Of a stretch of DNA of 64,000 bases, positions 9,715 to 18,205 are shown in pieces (positions within the stretch are counted from its first letter, which is position 1; each line of letters begins with the position of its first letter). Origin of the DNA: a virus. Made by a program: the position numbers and the translations under genes. Below the pieces are notes generated by a model. That model searched no databases. It was not told the origin of the DNA and was given only the letters and a program-made list of their open reading frames with translations. The stretch lies in IMG/VR virus record IMGVR_UViG_2551306471_000001, positions 2,242-66,241 of that record; one strand, 5' to 3'.

Positions 9715-10056
9715 CTAGAGGAGCGCCCAGGCCGTTCCGTTGCTTGTGAATACGATCAGTCTACAGGCCAATACTTGATGAAACCCTGGGCGCACCGTGA
9801 AAACCTCGGCGTGCCAGGGGCTGTAGCCGACCTCGACGGCGCCCTCGGGGACGCCGGCGAAATCGGTGCGGCTGCCTCGCGCGACCGCATGGACCGACCG
9901 GACGCCGGTGCGCAGGCACGCCGCCCGGCCGCCGGGCTGCACCACCAGCCGCACGTCCCGCAGCGCGATCTCGGGGACGTGCGCGACGACGCGGCCGCCC
10001 TCGCGCACCGACCAGCAGCCGCCCGCGCGCCGGAGGTTGCGGTAGACGTCAGTCAT
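9715..10056 (-). CDS. Conserved phage hypothetical protein, paralogue of 57866-58201
   Basis: YRNL...WSVR..G.VVAHVP.IAL.D.R...VHA motif. Confidence 0.7.
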   Translation of the reverse strand: MTDVYRNLRRAGGCWSVREGGRVVAHVPEIALRDVRLVVQPGGRAACLRTGVRSVHAVARGSRTDFAGVPEGAVEVGYSPWHAEVFTVRPGFHQVLACRLIVFTSNGTAWALL

Positions 10057-10279
10057 CGAGGGGCGGCACGGGCAGGGGCGCGAACGCCATCGCCACGTTC
10101 TCCGCCTCCGCGGCGACGGCGGCCGCCTCGGCCGGGGACAGCATGCCGGCCCGGACGAGCCTGCCGGCGCGCAGGACGCGGGCGCGGAGCCCCCTGCCGG
10201 AGAGCGGGCAGATGCGCCCGCTCTCCCACGCCGCCTTGATCCGCGCGGCCGCCGCGGCGACGGGATCACCGGGGCTCAC
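10049..10279 (-). CDS. Small hypothetical protein, paralogue of 58198-58413
   Basis: AAWESGRIC...AEAENVAMAFAPLP vs TAWTSRRVC...REAEAVALCFSPLP. Confidence 0.65.
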   Translation of the reverse strand: MSPGDPVAAAAARIKAAWESGRICPLSGRGLRARVLRAGRLVRAGMLSPAEAAAVAAEAENVAMAFAPLPVPPLDD

Positions 10280-10496
10280 GGCGCGCCTCCTGCAGGTGCG
10301 GGAGGCCGAGGGCCCCGTTGAAGGCCTTGTTCGCCGCCACCAGGGCCTCGGGCCCGGTGATGGCGCGCTGGTCCGCGAGGCGGATGACGTGGAGCATGTA
10401 GGCCTCCATGCCCTGCGCCGCCTCGGGGTGGACGGTACCCGCGGCACGGTGGGCGCGGAGGGTCGACAGCAGGTAGTCGAGGACGGGAGCGTGCAT
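10266..10496 (-). CDS. Small hypothetical protein, positional equivalent of 58403-58603
   Basis: MHAPVLDYLLSTLRAH...; RBS-like GGAGG upstream. Confidence 0.6.
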   Translation of the reverse strand: MHAPVLDYLLSTLRAHRAAGTVHPEAAQGMEAYMLHVIRLADQRAITGPEALVAANKAFNGALGLPHLQEARREPR

Positions 10497-10510
10497 GTCC
10501 TGTCCTCCCG

Positions 10511-12124
10511 TCAATGCCGCGGACCATGGGCGCGGCTGTCGAGGCAGACCGCGACGCATGCCGTGAGCTCCCGGAGAGAACCGCCGCGCCAAAATGCCCG
10601 CAGGCTCTCCATCTCGGCCGCGTCGAGGACGGCCTCGGACGGGTGCATGCCCCGCTCGCGGCAGAGCGCCTCCGCTATCTGAGGCGCGAGGGCAGCGAGG
10701 TGCTCCCGGCCGGGACGCGGCACGTGGATGATGCGGCAGCGGTCCCGGAGCGGGCCGGCGACGCGCGCGAGCTCGTTCGCCGTGATGACGTACGAGACGG
10801 GCGACAGGTCGACCTCGCACTCCAGGTAGACGTCGTATAGCCGGCGCGCTGAGGTCGATTCGAGGTACGGCAGCAGCGTCGAAACGAGGCTTCCGTTGTG
10901 GTCCCCCGTCGCCGCCTTGTCCCCCTCGTCAATCACCACGAGCACGTTGGCGCGCCCCACCCGCCGGATGGCCTGCAGCGGGACGCTCGCGCGGCCCGTG
11001 TGGTAGGCCCGGGACGTGCCGCCGAACATCCCGTCCGCCACTCCGCCCGCGCCATAGAGCGTCGACGGCAGGCCCAGGATCTCGCCGAGCGCGAGCGCGG
11101 CGGACGTCTTCCCGGAGCCGGGCGGCCCGACGAGCAGCAGCGGCCGGACGCGGGCGTAGGGCGCCCCGACGAGATCGCCGGCGACGGCGTCGGCGAGGGC
11201 CGGTGCCCACGGCACGCGCCGCAGTAGGGCGGCGTGGACGGCCTGCGGGTCCGGCGCCGGCGTGACGGGCAGGACACGGTCGGCGACGTCACGGAACTCC
11301 GCCCGCGGGCCCGCCCGCGTGTCCGCGAGGTGCGTCAACGGCCCCGCCACCCGGACGCCGGCCGGGGGCGCCGCCTCGGCCTCTCCCAGGTCGAGGGGGT
11401 CGAAATCGGGGTCGCGCGGGTCCGCGCCCGTGTCGTCGCGGACCGGGCCCCTCCGGACCGCGCCCCGGAGGGCGGAGCGGCTCTCGCCCCGGTCTAGCGC
11501 CGCCCAGAACCGCGTGACCTCGGCCTCGGCGAGGAGCTCCTGGCCCGCTCGCTCGCGCAGGACGGCGCGGTGGACGGGCTGCTGGGGATCGTGCGTGCCG
11601 AGCAGGTTCTGATGCGCCACGTACGAGAGCTCGGTGCGCGTAAGCATCAGAGCCCATCGCTCGCAGTCGTCGAACGAGCCGCCCAGCGAGACGTCGGCCT
11701 CGTGCATTGCCCGCACGGCGCAGTCATAGTCACCGAGCCACGCGGCACTCAGCCGGCAGCGCGAGGCATGCTCCCGGCAGTCCTCGCGCACCGCCTTCGT
11801 GAGCCGGGTGTCGGCGGCGGCCTCGGCGAACGCCTCTGCCAGCGCGGCGGCGAGGGGCGCGGTGACGGTGCCCTCGTCGAGCGCGGCCAGGGCGTCGCGC
11901 AGGCCGCGGGGGAGCCCGTCCCGCCGGAGCGAGCGCGACCACGCCAGGAGGTCGGCCCCGGGGTGATTCCAGTACAGGGGCCAGCCGTCTAGGAGCTGGC
12001 GGAGGGTGGCGGGGAAGGTGACGGTGTCGGGGGGCGTGGACGCGTCGCGCTGCGCCCGGGCGCGCTGAGCGCGCCGGATCTCGTCGGTCATCGGATCCCT
12101 TTCCGGAGACGCCCCGTGTATCAC
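10511..12124 (-). CDS. Lon-like AAA+ ATPase without protease domain
   Basis: Walker A GPPGSGKT, Walker B VVIDEGDK, YDVYLECEVDLSPVSYVITAN and PLRDR (Lon AAA signature). Confidence 0.85.
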   Translation of the reverse strand: MIHGASPERDPMTDEIRRAQRARAQRDASTPPDTVTFPATLRQLLDGWPLYWNHPGADLLAWSRSLRRDGLPRGLRDALAALDEGTVTAPLAAALAEAFAEAAADTRLTKAVREDCREHASRCRLSAAWLGDYDCAVRAMHEADVSLGGSFDDCERWALMLTRTELSYVAHQNLLGTHDPQQPVHRAVLRERAGQELLAEAEVTRFWAALDRGESRSALRGAVRRGPVRDDTGADPRDPDFDPLDLGEAEAAPPAGVRVAGPLTHLADTRAGPRAEFRDVADRVLPVTPAPDPQAVHAALLRRVPWAPALADAVAGDLVGAPYARVRPLLLVGPPGSGKTSAALALGEILGLPSTLYGAGGVADGMFGGTSRAYHTGRASVPLQAIRRVGRANVLVVIDEGDKAATGDHNGSLVSTLLPYLESTSARRLYDVYLECEVDLSPVSYVITANELARVAGPLRDRCRIIHVPRPGREHLAALAPQIAEALCRERGMHPSEAVLDAAEMESLRAFWRGGSLRELTACVAVCLDSRAHGPRH

Positions 12125-12199
12125 CGCGGGCGTGCTATGAGGTCCTGCTCGCCGGCTTAGGCCGCACGTGACAGGCCCCCTTGGATACCGCGCGACTCG

Positions 12200-12799
12200 T
12201 TAAGATTTTGTCTCTAGCCCGAGGCGGATACGTCGAGCCAGGTCGGTCTCCTCGCGGATCTCCTCGACGAGGCCCTGGGCCGCGCGCAGGACGCCATGGA
12301 GCCGGCGGTCGAGGTCCTCGCGGTCGCTGTGCGAGAGCACGCCGGACCGGTGGTGCTCCTCATCGTCGCTGCCCATCTCGTCCCATACCGTTGCGACGGC
12401 GAGCAACTGGTACCCGACGGCGCGGGGGTGGTCGACGTACGCGGCGGACCCGAGCAGCTTCAAGACGGGCGTGGGCAGACCGAACTTGATGATCCGGTCG
12501 CGCTGGGCCGTGCGCTGCCCGAGCCGCGTCACGGCGACGAGGGGCGCGACCCACAGGTCGCCCCACAGCCTATTCGCCGCCGCCACGACCGCCCGCAACA
12601 GTGCCTCGGCGAGCACGGCATGCTCGACCGGCCGGCCGTCGACATAGGCCTGCCTGCCCTCGTACGAGAGGACCGCGCCCATCGTGGGGACGCGGCGGGT
12701 GAGCTTCGCCAGGCCGACCGACCCCACGCGGCCGACCGGTGTCCCTGGGATCCGGGGATCCTCGGGGACGGGGCAGAGCAGGATCTCCTCGATGTCCAT
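12200..12799 (-). CDS. HTH-like hypothetical protein, paralogue of 60330-60905
   Basis: AAANRLWGDLW...RDRIIKFGLP.PVL..LG.AA..HPRAVG matches 60330-60905. Confidence 0.7.
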   Translation of the reverse strand: MDIEEILLCPVPEDPRIPGTPVGRVGSVGLAKLTRRVPTMGAVLSYEGRQAYVDGRPVEHAVLAEALLRAVVAAANRLWGDLWVAPLVAVTRLGQRTAQRDRIIKFGLPTPVLKLLGSAAYVDHPRAVGYQLLAVATVWDEMGSDDEEHHRSGVLSHSDREDLDRRLHGVLRAAQGLVEEIREETDLARRIRLGLETKS

Positions 12800-12845
12800 C
12801 AGACCGTCCAGAGCGTAAAGTAGTGGACCACCACGAGGAGGCGGC

Positions 12846-12974
12846 CATGGTTAACACGGTCGCCGACGCCGGAGGCCGAATGGTTCGTATACGCGACATC
12901 GCGGGGATGGGGCGGTCCGGATGTCGCGTATAGAGGCCACTCTCGGAATCGCATGGTTAACGCGGTCGCCGACG
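12846..12974. promoter_or_regulatory. Divergent control region with 23-nt direct repeats flanking a 13-bp inverted repeat
   Basis: CATGGTTAAC(A/G)CGGTCGCCGACG at 12846 and 12952; TATACGCGACATC (12888-12900) / GATGTCGCGTATA (12920-12932). Confidence 0.7.
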
Positions 12975-13127
12975 TCGGCCGCCGGGCAACTCATATAGCT
13001 AGGGTCGGGCGCCCTAGGCCCCCGGATAACTCATTTACGAGTTCATCCAGACCCCTCACCGCCGTCAACATGGTTACCGCAACCGGCGGCAGGACCCCTG
13101 TTCCCGGCCCGCGCCGAGGGTAGCCTG

Positions 13128-13415
13128 ATGGGCATGAAGAAGGCGCATCCCATCCGCTGCCGGGCGCTCGCCGCCCGCCGTGCCCGTCCCTACGACCCGT
13201 TCATCGACGGCGACATCCGCCCGAGGATCCCGGGGCTGCCCAGCTTCGAGCCGCTCGAACTCGTCGCGCTGCCAGCCGGGGAGGCCGCCACGCCGCCGGC
13301 GTCCGGGATGCAGTTCGACGCCGAGGGCAACCCGACCGCCTACGTCATCCCATTGGATCCGCCGGCCCGCACCCGCGACGCCGACCTTCCCGCCGTGGGG
13401 TCCTTCCATGGCTGA
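13128..13415 (+). CDS. Hypothetical protein
   Basis: ORF track; overlaps next start. Confidence 0.5.
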   Translation: MGMKKAHPIRCRALAARRARPYDPFIDGDIRPRIPGLPSFEPLELVALPAGEAATPPASGMQFDAEGNPTAYVIPLDPPARTRDADLPAVGSFHG

Positions 13416-13770
13416 GATGACCTACGAGGAGTGCATCCGCGCCACCATGGCCCGCATGTGCGCCTCCCTCGACCTCTCCTGCGAGGAGGTGATGGCCGAG
13501 CGCGACCGTGACAAGCGCGAGCGCCTGCGGCGGATCTGGCGGGAGATGCAGGACCTCGCGAGCACGAGGGCGGCCGCCCTGTCGCCAGGCGCGGTGACCT
13601 ACTCGGTGGGCAGCACGGACAAGAAGCTAGCCCGCGAGCTGGCGCGCCGGCTCGACAGCGGCCGCCCGTTCACCCCGCGTCAGTGCCAGGTCGCCGCCTA
13701 CCTGGCATGGCGCTACCGCCGCCAGATCTCGGGGCGCATCGTTCCGGGCGGCCCAGTCGCGAAGCCGTAG
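13408..13770 (+). CDS. Hypothetical protein with ...RYRRQI tail shared with 20031-20972
   Basis: MAEMTYEECIR...DKKLARELA...QVAAYLAWRYRRQI. Confidence 0.65.
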   Translation: MAEMTYEECIRATMARMCASLDLSCEEVMAERDRDKRERLRRIWREMQDLASTRAAALSPGAVTYSVGSTDKKLARELARRLDSGRPFTPRQCQVAAYLAWRYRRQISGRIVPGGPVAKP

Positions 13771-13782
13771 GGGCCGCAACGC

Positions 13783-14082
13783 ATGAAGACCTCGATGTAC
13801 GACTTCTTCCTCTCGCGCGCCGACGGCGCCCACATCGCGGCGTGGCAGATCGGGGATCGGACGGTCTCGGAGGATGAGGCCCGGCGCCGGCTCTCCATCA
13901 TCGAGCTCTCGTCGGAGGACTGGGTGAACCCGGAGGGGGGCGAGCCGGGGGACCGTGACGACCTCGACATGGAGACATTCGGCGCGCAGGCTTGGACCGC
14001 CGAGCGGGTGCTCTTCACCATCGGCACATACGAGGGCGGCATGTGGGTCTACGGCGCTCCGCGCCATCCCCGGACACGGTGA
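13783..14082 (+). CDS. Hypothetical phage protein
   Basis: 99 aa with normal composition. Confidence 0.6.
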   Translation: MKTSMYDFFLSRADGAHIAAWQIGDRTVSEDEARRRLSIIELSSEDWVNPEGGEPGDRDDLDMETFGAQAWTAERVLFTIGTYEGGMWVYGAPRHPRTR

Positions 14083-14401
14083 CCTGACGGGCCCAAGCGG
14101 TTACGAATCGCTCGGCTTGAGAGACCCTGGCCGCGCGGTTCCCGTGCACGGCGGCCGCGCCCCGGCCGGGGGGCTTGCCGCGGCATGAGAGGGGTCCCCG
14201 GCGCGAACCGGGGCCCCTTCTGATTTCACACGAGCGAGGGAATGCCGGGGCCGGACGGGGGAATTCATCCGAGCGTCTGAACCTCGGGCGGCCGCCCCAC
14301 CGGTGTAGCGCGTCCCCGCCCAAACCCCGCCCAAGGCCCGGAAACGACAAAGGCGCCCCGGGGGCGCCTTGCGGAAAAACGTTTATTCTGTGGGGGTTAT
14401 T

Positions 14402-14451
14402 TGGTGGGCGCACTAGGGTTCGAACCTAGGACCCGCTGATTAAGAGTCAGC
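14402..14451 (-). tRNA. 3' fragment of tRNA-Lys(CTT), att core; not an intact tRNA
   Basis: Minus strand GCTGA-CTCTTAA-TCAGC-GGGTC-CTAGG-TTCGAAC-CCTAG-TGCGCCC-ACCA; D-arm and 5' acceptor strand absent. Confidence 0.92.
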
Positions 14452-14475
14452 CAGTCTGCGCGTTTCCCAGCGGCG

Positions 14476-14490
14476 GAACGTTTACCGAAC
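14476..14490. promoter_or_regulatory. Alphaproteobacterial LexA (SOS) box upstream of the integrase
   Basis: GAAC-GTTTACC-GAAC, exact GAAC-N7-GAAC. Confidence 0.6.
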
Positions 14491-14613
14491 GCGTAGTAAA
14501 AGCCCTTTCACTTCCGATAGCTGTGCGGGGCGCGCCGCGTAGCCTTGAAAGGGCAACGGGTTAGGGTGTTCTCATGCTCCCGCCCGAACCCGCCCGAGTT
14601 TTGAGCCGCCCGG

Positions 14614-16116
14614 ATGCCCCGCCTCGACCTGAACCTGAGCCACGTCCGGGACGCCAAGAAGGACGCCAAGCCCGGCGCCAAGGCCTATGACATCATCGAC
14701 ACCCGGGCACGCGGGCTCCTGCTCCGCGTCGGGCCCCGGGGATGCCGCTGGGCCTGGAAATTCGAGTTCGACCACCGCACCCGCCGCATGGACCTCGGCG
14801 ACGTGGACGAGTGGAGCATCGAGGACGCACGCACCGTGGCCGGCGAGGCGACGAAGCTCATCCGCGAGCGCCGCGGCCTGCCGGACGCCGCGTGGCTCGC
14901 CGCGCAGCGCGCCCGCTTCGGGAAGGCACCGCCGCCGGACGGGACCGTCGGGCTGCCACAACCGTTCAAGGCGTCGCCTGAGCCCAAGCCCTGGCAGGCC
15001 ATCCCCGACTTCCTCGCGTGGACCTACAGGGACGCCGTCGAGCGCTACCTCAAGCACGTCGCCGAGACGAAGCGGGTCGGGACGCTCAGGGACTACCGGA
15101 AGACGCTCAATCACCCGGCCTTCGACGAGCTCAAGCGCCTGCCCGTCTCCCGCATCACCGTCGACACGATGCAGAAGATCGTCGACGGCGTCGCGAAGGC
15201 CGGCCATCACACCAGCGCGGTCGGCATGACCGTGAAGGTGAAGACCTTCTGGAAGTGGCTGGCACGCCCGGGCGTCCGCGAGGGCTCGATGATCACGACC
15301 GAGGTCATGGCGCCGTTGCACAAGCCGGACCGCATCCGCCAGGTCGCCGCCCCCGGCGCGGCGCCCGCGCCGTCGAAAAAGAAGCGGCACTTCCCGCTCA
15401 TGCCCGAGCTCGGGCGCCTCGTCGCCCTGGCCCGGACGGGGGCGTTCGAGCCAGCCTACGACGTCGCCATCTTGCTGCTCGTCCTGGCGGCTCAGCGCAA
15501 CCATGCTGTCTGCTCGGCCGCGCGAGACGATTTCCAGGACTGCGACGAGGAGCCAGGCTGGGGCGTGTGGCGCATCCCGCCGCTGCACCGAAAGGGCGCC
15601 TCCGAGGAGGACGAGCAGGAGGAGCGGACGCACGCCGTCCCTCTGCCGCCCGCCGTGTGGGCCGTCGTGAAGGCGCGCCTCGCGACCCTGCCCGGGCAGC
15701 ACTGGCTGTTCCCCGGCATGCGTCCGCGGAAGAGGGGCGCTCCGGTCGGGCACATGAGCGAGAGCACCCTGACGCACCATTTCGACGCCATGCCCGGCAT
15801 CGTGGCGAGCCCGCACGACCTGCGCCGGGCGCTCCGGAGCCAGGGGCGCAAGCTGCTGCGGGTGACCCCGAAGGAGCTCTCGTTGATCCTCGACCATGCC
15901 GAGGGCAAGGCCGGGTCGGTGACGGAGGCGCACTACAGCGACGACGAGCAACTCGACGTCAAGCGTCCGATCCTGGAGCGCTGGTGGGAGATGGTCGAGA
16001 AGCACGCCGGCGCCGCGGCGCCGGACCTGCCGTCGGTCGAGGAGATCCGCGCCCACGTCAGTCGAGAGAAGCAGCGCCAGAAGGGCCGCGTCCAGGCTGA
16101 GGCCGAGGCAGCCTGA
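14614..16116 (+). CDS. int: Tyrosine recombinase/phage integrase with N-terminal arm-binding domain
   Basis: N-terminal GLLLRVGPRG..W pattern; catalytic R (AAQRN), HDLRR, H (LDHA) and Y (EAHY). Confidence 0.93.
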   Translation: MPRLDLNLSHVRDAKKDAKPGAKAYDIIDTRARGLLLRVGPRGCRWAWKFEFDHRTRRMDLGDVDEWSIEDARTVAGEATKLIRERRGLPDAAWLAAQRARFGKAPPPDGTVGLPQPFKASPEPKPWQAIPDFLAWTYRDAVERYLKHVAETKRVGTLRDYRKTLNHPAFDELKRLPVSRITVDTMQKIVDGVAKAGHHTSAVGMTVKVKTFWKWLARPGVREGSMITTEVMAPLHKPDRIRQVAAPGAAPAPSKKKRHFPLMPELGRLVALARTGAFEPAYDVAILLLVLAAQRNHAVCSAARDDFQDCDEEPGWGVWRIPPLHRKGASEEDEQEERTHAVPLPPAVWAVVKARLATLPGQHWLFPGMRPRKRGAPVGHMSESTLTHHFDAMPGIVASPHDLRRALRSQGRKLLRVTPKELSLILDHAEGKAGSVTEAHYSDDEQLDVKRPILERWWEMVEKHAGAAAPDLPSVEEIRAHVSREKQRQKGRVQAEAEAA

Positions 16117-16321
16117 CAGGTCGGGTTAAGCCTTCCTTCACCACGGCCGGGGTTGGCGCCGCCACCCCCGTTGACCGCTCGAATCCCGAGCTGCGATCCT
16201 TCCGTCAGTCGCCGCCTGAGAGGCCCCGATGAAACCGCGCATACGCCCCTTACCGACCGAGACCATCCCCCCGGGGGCGTGACGCCGCGCGCGCAGCCCC
16301 CCGCCACGGAGGCTGCCCATC

Positions 16322-16891
16322 ATGAAGACCCAATCCAACACCTTCTTCACCGCCGACCACCACTTCGGGCATGAGGGCGTCATCCGCATGTGCGGGCGCC
16401 CCTTCACCGACGCCCGCGAGATGGACGAGGCCCTGGTGCACGCCTGGAACGCCCGCGTCCGCCCCGGCGACACCGTGTGGTTCCTCGGCGACTTCGCCAT
16501 GGGCTCCAGCCCGGACCGGTGCCGGGAGCTCTTCGCCCGCCTGAACGGCACCAAGCACCTCGTGCGGGGCAACCACGACCGGCAGCGCGTCCTCGACCTG
16601 CCGTGGGCGTCCCAGCACGACCTCGTACAGACGACCGTCGACGGCGTCCGCCTAGTCCTCTGCCACTACGCCATGCGGTCGTGGCCCGGCGTCTGGCGCG
16701 GGTCGATCCATCTCTACGGGCACACCCACGCCACCCTGCCGCCGACCACGCAGTCCTGCGACGTGGGCGTCGACGCGTGGGCGTACCGGCCGGTGACGCT
16801 CGCCGAGATCCGGGAGCGCCTCGCCGGCGTCGAGGAGGAGCCCGAGGAGAAGCGCCGGGCCCGCGAGCGGGACGAAGAGGGCGACGCGTAA
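16322..16891 (+). CDS. Phage metallophosphoesterase
   Basis: DHHFGH, LGDF, GNHD, CHY and GHTH motifs. Confidence 0.9.
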   Translation: MKTQSNTFFTADHHFGHEGVIRMCGRPFTDAREMDEALVHAWNARVRPGDTVWFLGDFAMGSSPDRCRELFARLNGTKHLVRGNHDRQRVLDLPWASQHDLVQTTVDGVRLVLCHYAMRSWPGVWRGSIHLYGHTHATLPPTTQSCDVGVDAWAYRPVTLAEIRERLAGVEEEPEEKRRARERDEEGDA

Positions 16892-16894
16892 TGA

Positions 16895-16928
16895 GAGAGG
16901 GCCCCCGGAGCGCTCCGGGGGCCCTCTC
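16895..16928. terminator. Perfect 34-bp palindrome between convergent genes
   Basis: GAGAGGGCCCCCGGAG-CG-CTCCGGGGGCCCTCTC. Confidence 0.75.
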
Positions 16929-16930
16929 CG

Positions 16931-17197
16931 TCAGGGCATCAGCACGTCCGCCGTTCGGGCCGCCTCGTCGGCCTCGGCGTGCAGGGCTCGCGCCCGCTGC
17001 CAGAGTAGACCCACCAGGGCGGGGCGGACCCAGGCCGGGATCTCGCGCTGCCCGAGAGCCCAGCGGCTGACGAGGCGCTGGTCTAGCTCCTCGCGGGGGC
17101 CGTCCGGATGGAGTGGTCCGAGCGCCCGGGCGAGGGGCCGGCGCCAGTCGTCGCCGGCGAGCGCCCGACCGGCGCGTGCGAGGAGCTCCGGGTTCAC
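16931..17197 (-). CDS. Small XRE-like HTH protein
   Basis: AGRALAGDDWRRPLARALG...LVSRWALG pattern, shared with 56844-57431. Confidence 0.65.
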   Translation of the reverse strand: MNPELLARAGRALAGDDWRRPLARALGPLHPDGPREELDQRLVSRWALGQREIPAWVRPALVGLLWQRARALHAEADEAARTADVLMP

Positions 17198-17631
17198 AGC
17201 GACGGCCCGGCCGCGACGGCCTCGGCCTCGGCCTCGGGCTGCGCCTTCCGGGTCCTGCTCTTCGGCGGCGTGTAGCCCGGCGGCGGGACGCGCGGGCCGC
17301 GCTCACCGGCGGCCTTGGCCGCGTCCCGGTGGCGGTCCCATTCCCGGCTCTTCCCCATGCGGATGCCGCGCGCGTGGATGTCCGCCAGCATGTAGATGAT
17401 CCGGGGGGTCATGGACCCGTCGATGGTCTCGACCGCCCGGTCGATGTCGTTGCGGATGAGGCGGAGCGAGCCATGCCGCTCCTCCGCGCGGTAGTCGGGT
17501 GCCAGGCTCTCGTTGAGCCGGTCGAGGTCGAGGGCGGGGCGCTTGGCTTGGATGAGGGCCTGCCCGCGGGCCTCCAGGATGTCGGCGACCTGGGCGGCGA
17601 TTCGGTCGCTGATGGGGGTGTGCTTGGTCAT
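17194..17631 (-). CDS. Hypothetical protein
   Basis: MTKHTPISDRIAAQVADIL...; coupled chain of early genes. Confidence 0.65.
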   Translation of the reverse strand: MTKHTPISDRIAAQVADILEARGQALIQAKRPALDLDRLNESLAPDYRAEERHGSLRLIRNDIDRAVETIDGSMTPRIIYMLADIHARGIRMGKSREWDRHRDAAKAAGERGPRVPPPGYTPPKSRTRKAQPEAEAEAVAAGPSL

Positions 17632-17717
17632 GGATGCCGGTTTCCCTTGCTGAGCGGGCGGCAGCGCCATCCCGCGTGAGTGTAGAGTACGAAGGGCCAA
17701 GCATGCCGCAAGCGCCC

Positions 17718-17900
17718 TCAGTCCTCCCCCGCGAATCGCAGCCATGCGACGATGAGGCGGGCCCGGCCGGCGACGCGGGCCCGCGTGACGTCGTCGAGGC
17801 CCGCCACGGCCCGAGCCGCGGCGGTCTCGTCCCCGGCGAGGAGCGCGTCGGCCAGCGCGTCGACGCGCCGGGTCTCCTCGCGCCAGGCGGCGGCGGTCAT
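17718..17900 (-). CDS. Small hypothetical protein
   Basis: MTAAAWREETRRVDAL...; ATGA overlap. Confidence 0.5.
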   Translation of the reverse strand: MTAAAWREETRRVDALADALLAGDETAAARAVAGLDDVTRARVAGRARLIVAWLRFAGED

Positions 17901-18205
17901 GGCGTGGCGTCCCCATCCCCGCGGGCGGCGATGCCGGCGGCGAGATCGCGCCGGCGGGCGGCGACGGCGGCCCGGGCCGCGAGGAACGCCGCGTCCGTCT
18001 GGGGCACGTCGGGCGCGTTGTCGACGACGAGGCGCGGGCGGCGGGCACGCCACCAAGCGCGGCGCTCGGCCTCGTCCCGGTCGTGCTGCATGATGATCTC
18101 GTCGAGCGTGGGCGGTGGCGCGTCCGGGTCGTCGCCGCACGCCCGGGACAGATCCGCGTAGATCTGCTCGACGCTGACGTTCTCGTTGTCGGGCGTCGGG
18201 TGCAT
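17897..18205 (-). CDS. Hypothetical protein
   Basis: MHPTPDNENVSVEQIYADL...; TGATG overlap. Confidence 0.55.
   Translation of the reverse strand: MHPTPDNENVSVEQIYADLSRACGDDPDAPPPTLDEIIMQHDRDEAERRAWWRARRPRLVVDNAPDVPQTDAAFLAARAAVAARRRDLAAGIAARGDGDATP

Larger units (their letters stand above)
1700..14401. mobile_element. Phage-related element lacking structural genes (satellite-like or defective sibling of the adjacent prophage)
   Basis: AlpA-like HTH, RepB-type primase and many paralogues of prophage genes; no capsid, tail, intact terminase or integrase; right end at the tRNA-Lys fragment. Left boundary approximate. Confidence 0.65.

Noticed and set aside
1585-14400. Left element integrated into a terL gene
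   Set aside because: No continuation of terL found at the other end (14083-14400).
14402-14451. Intact tRNA-Lys gene
   Set aside because: 5' acceptor strand and D-arm are missing; it is an att remnant.
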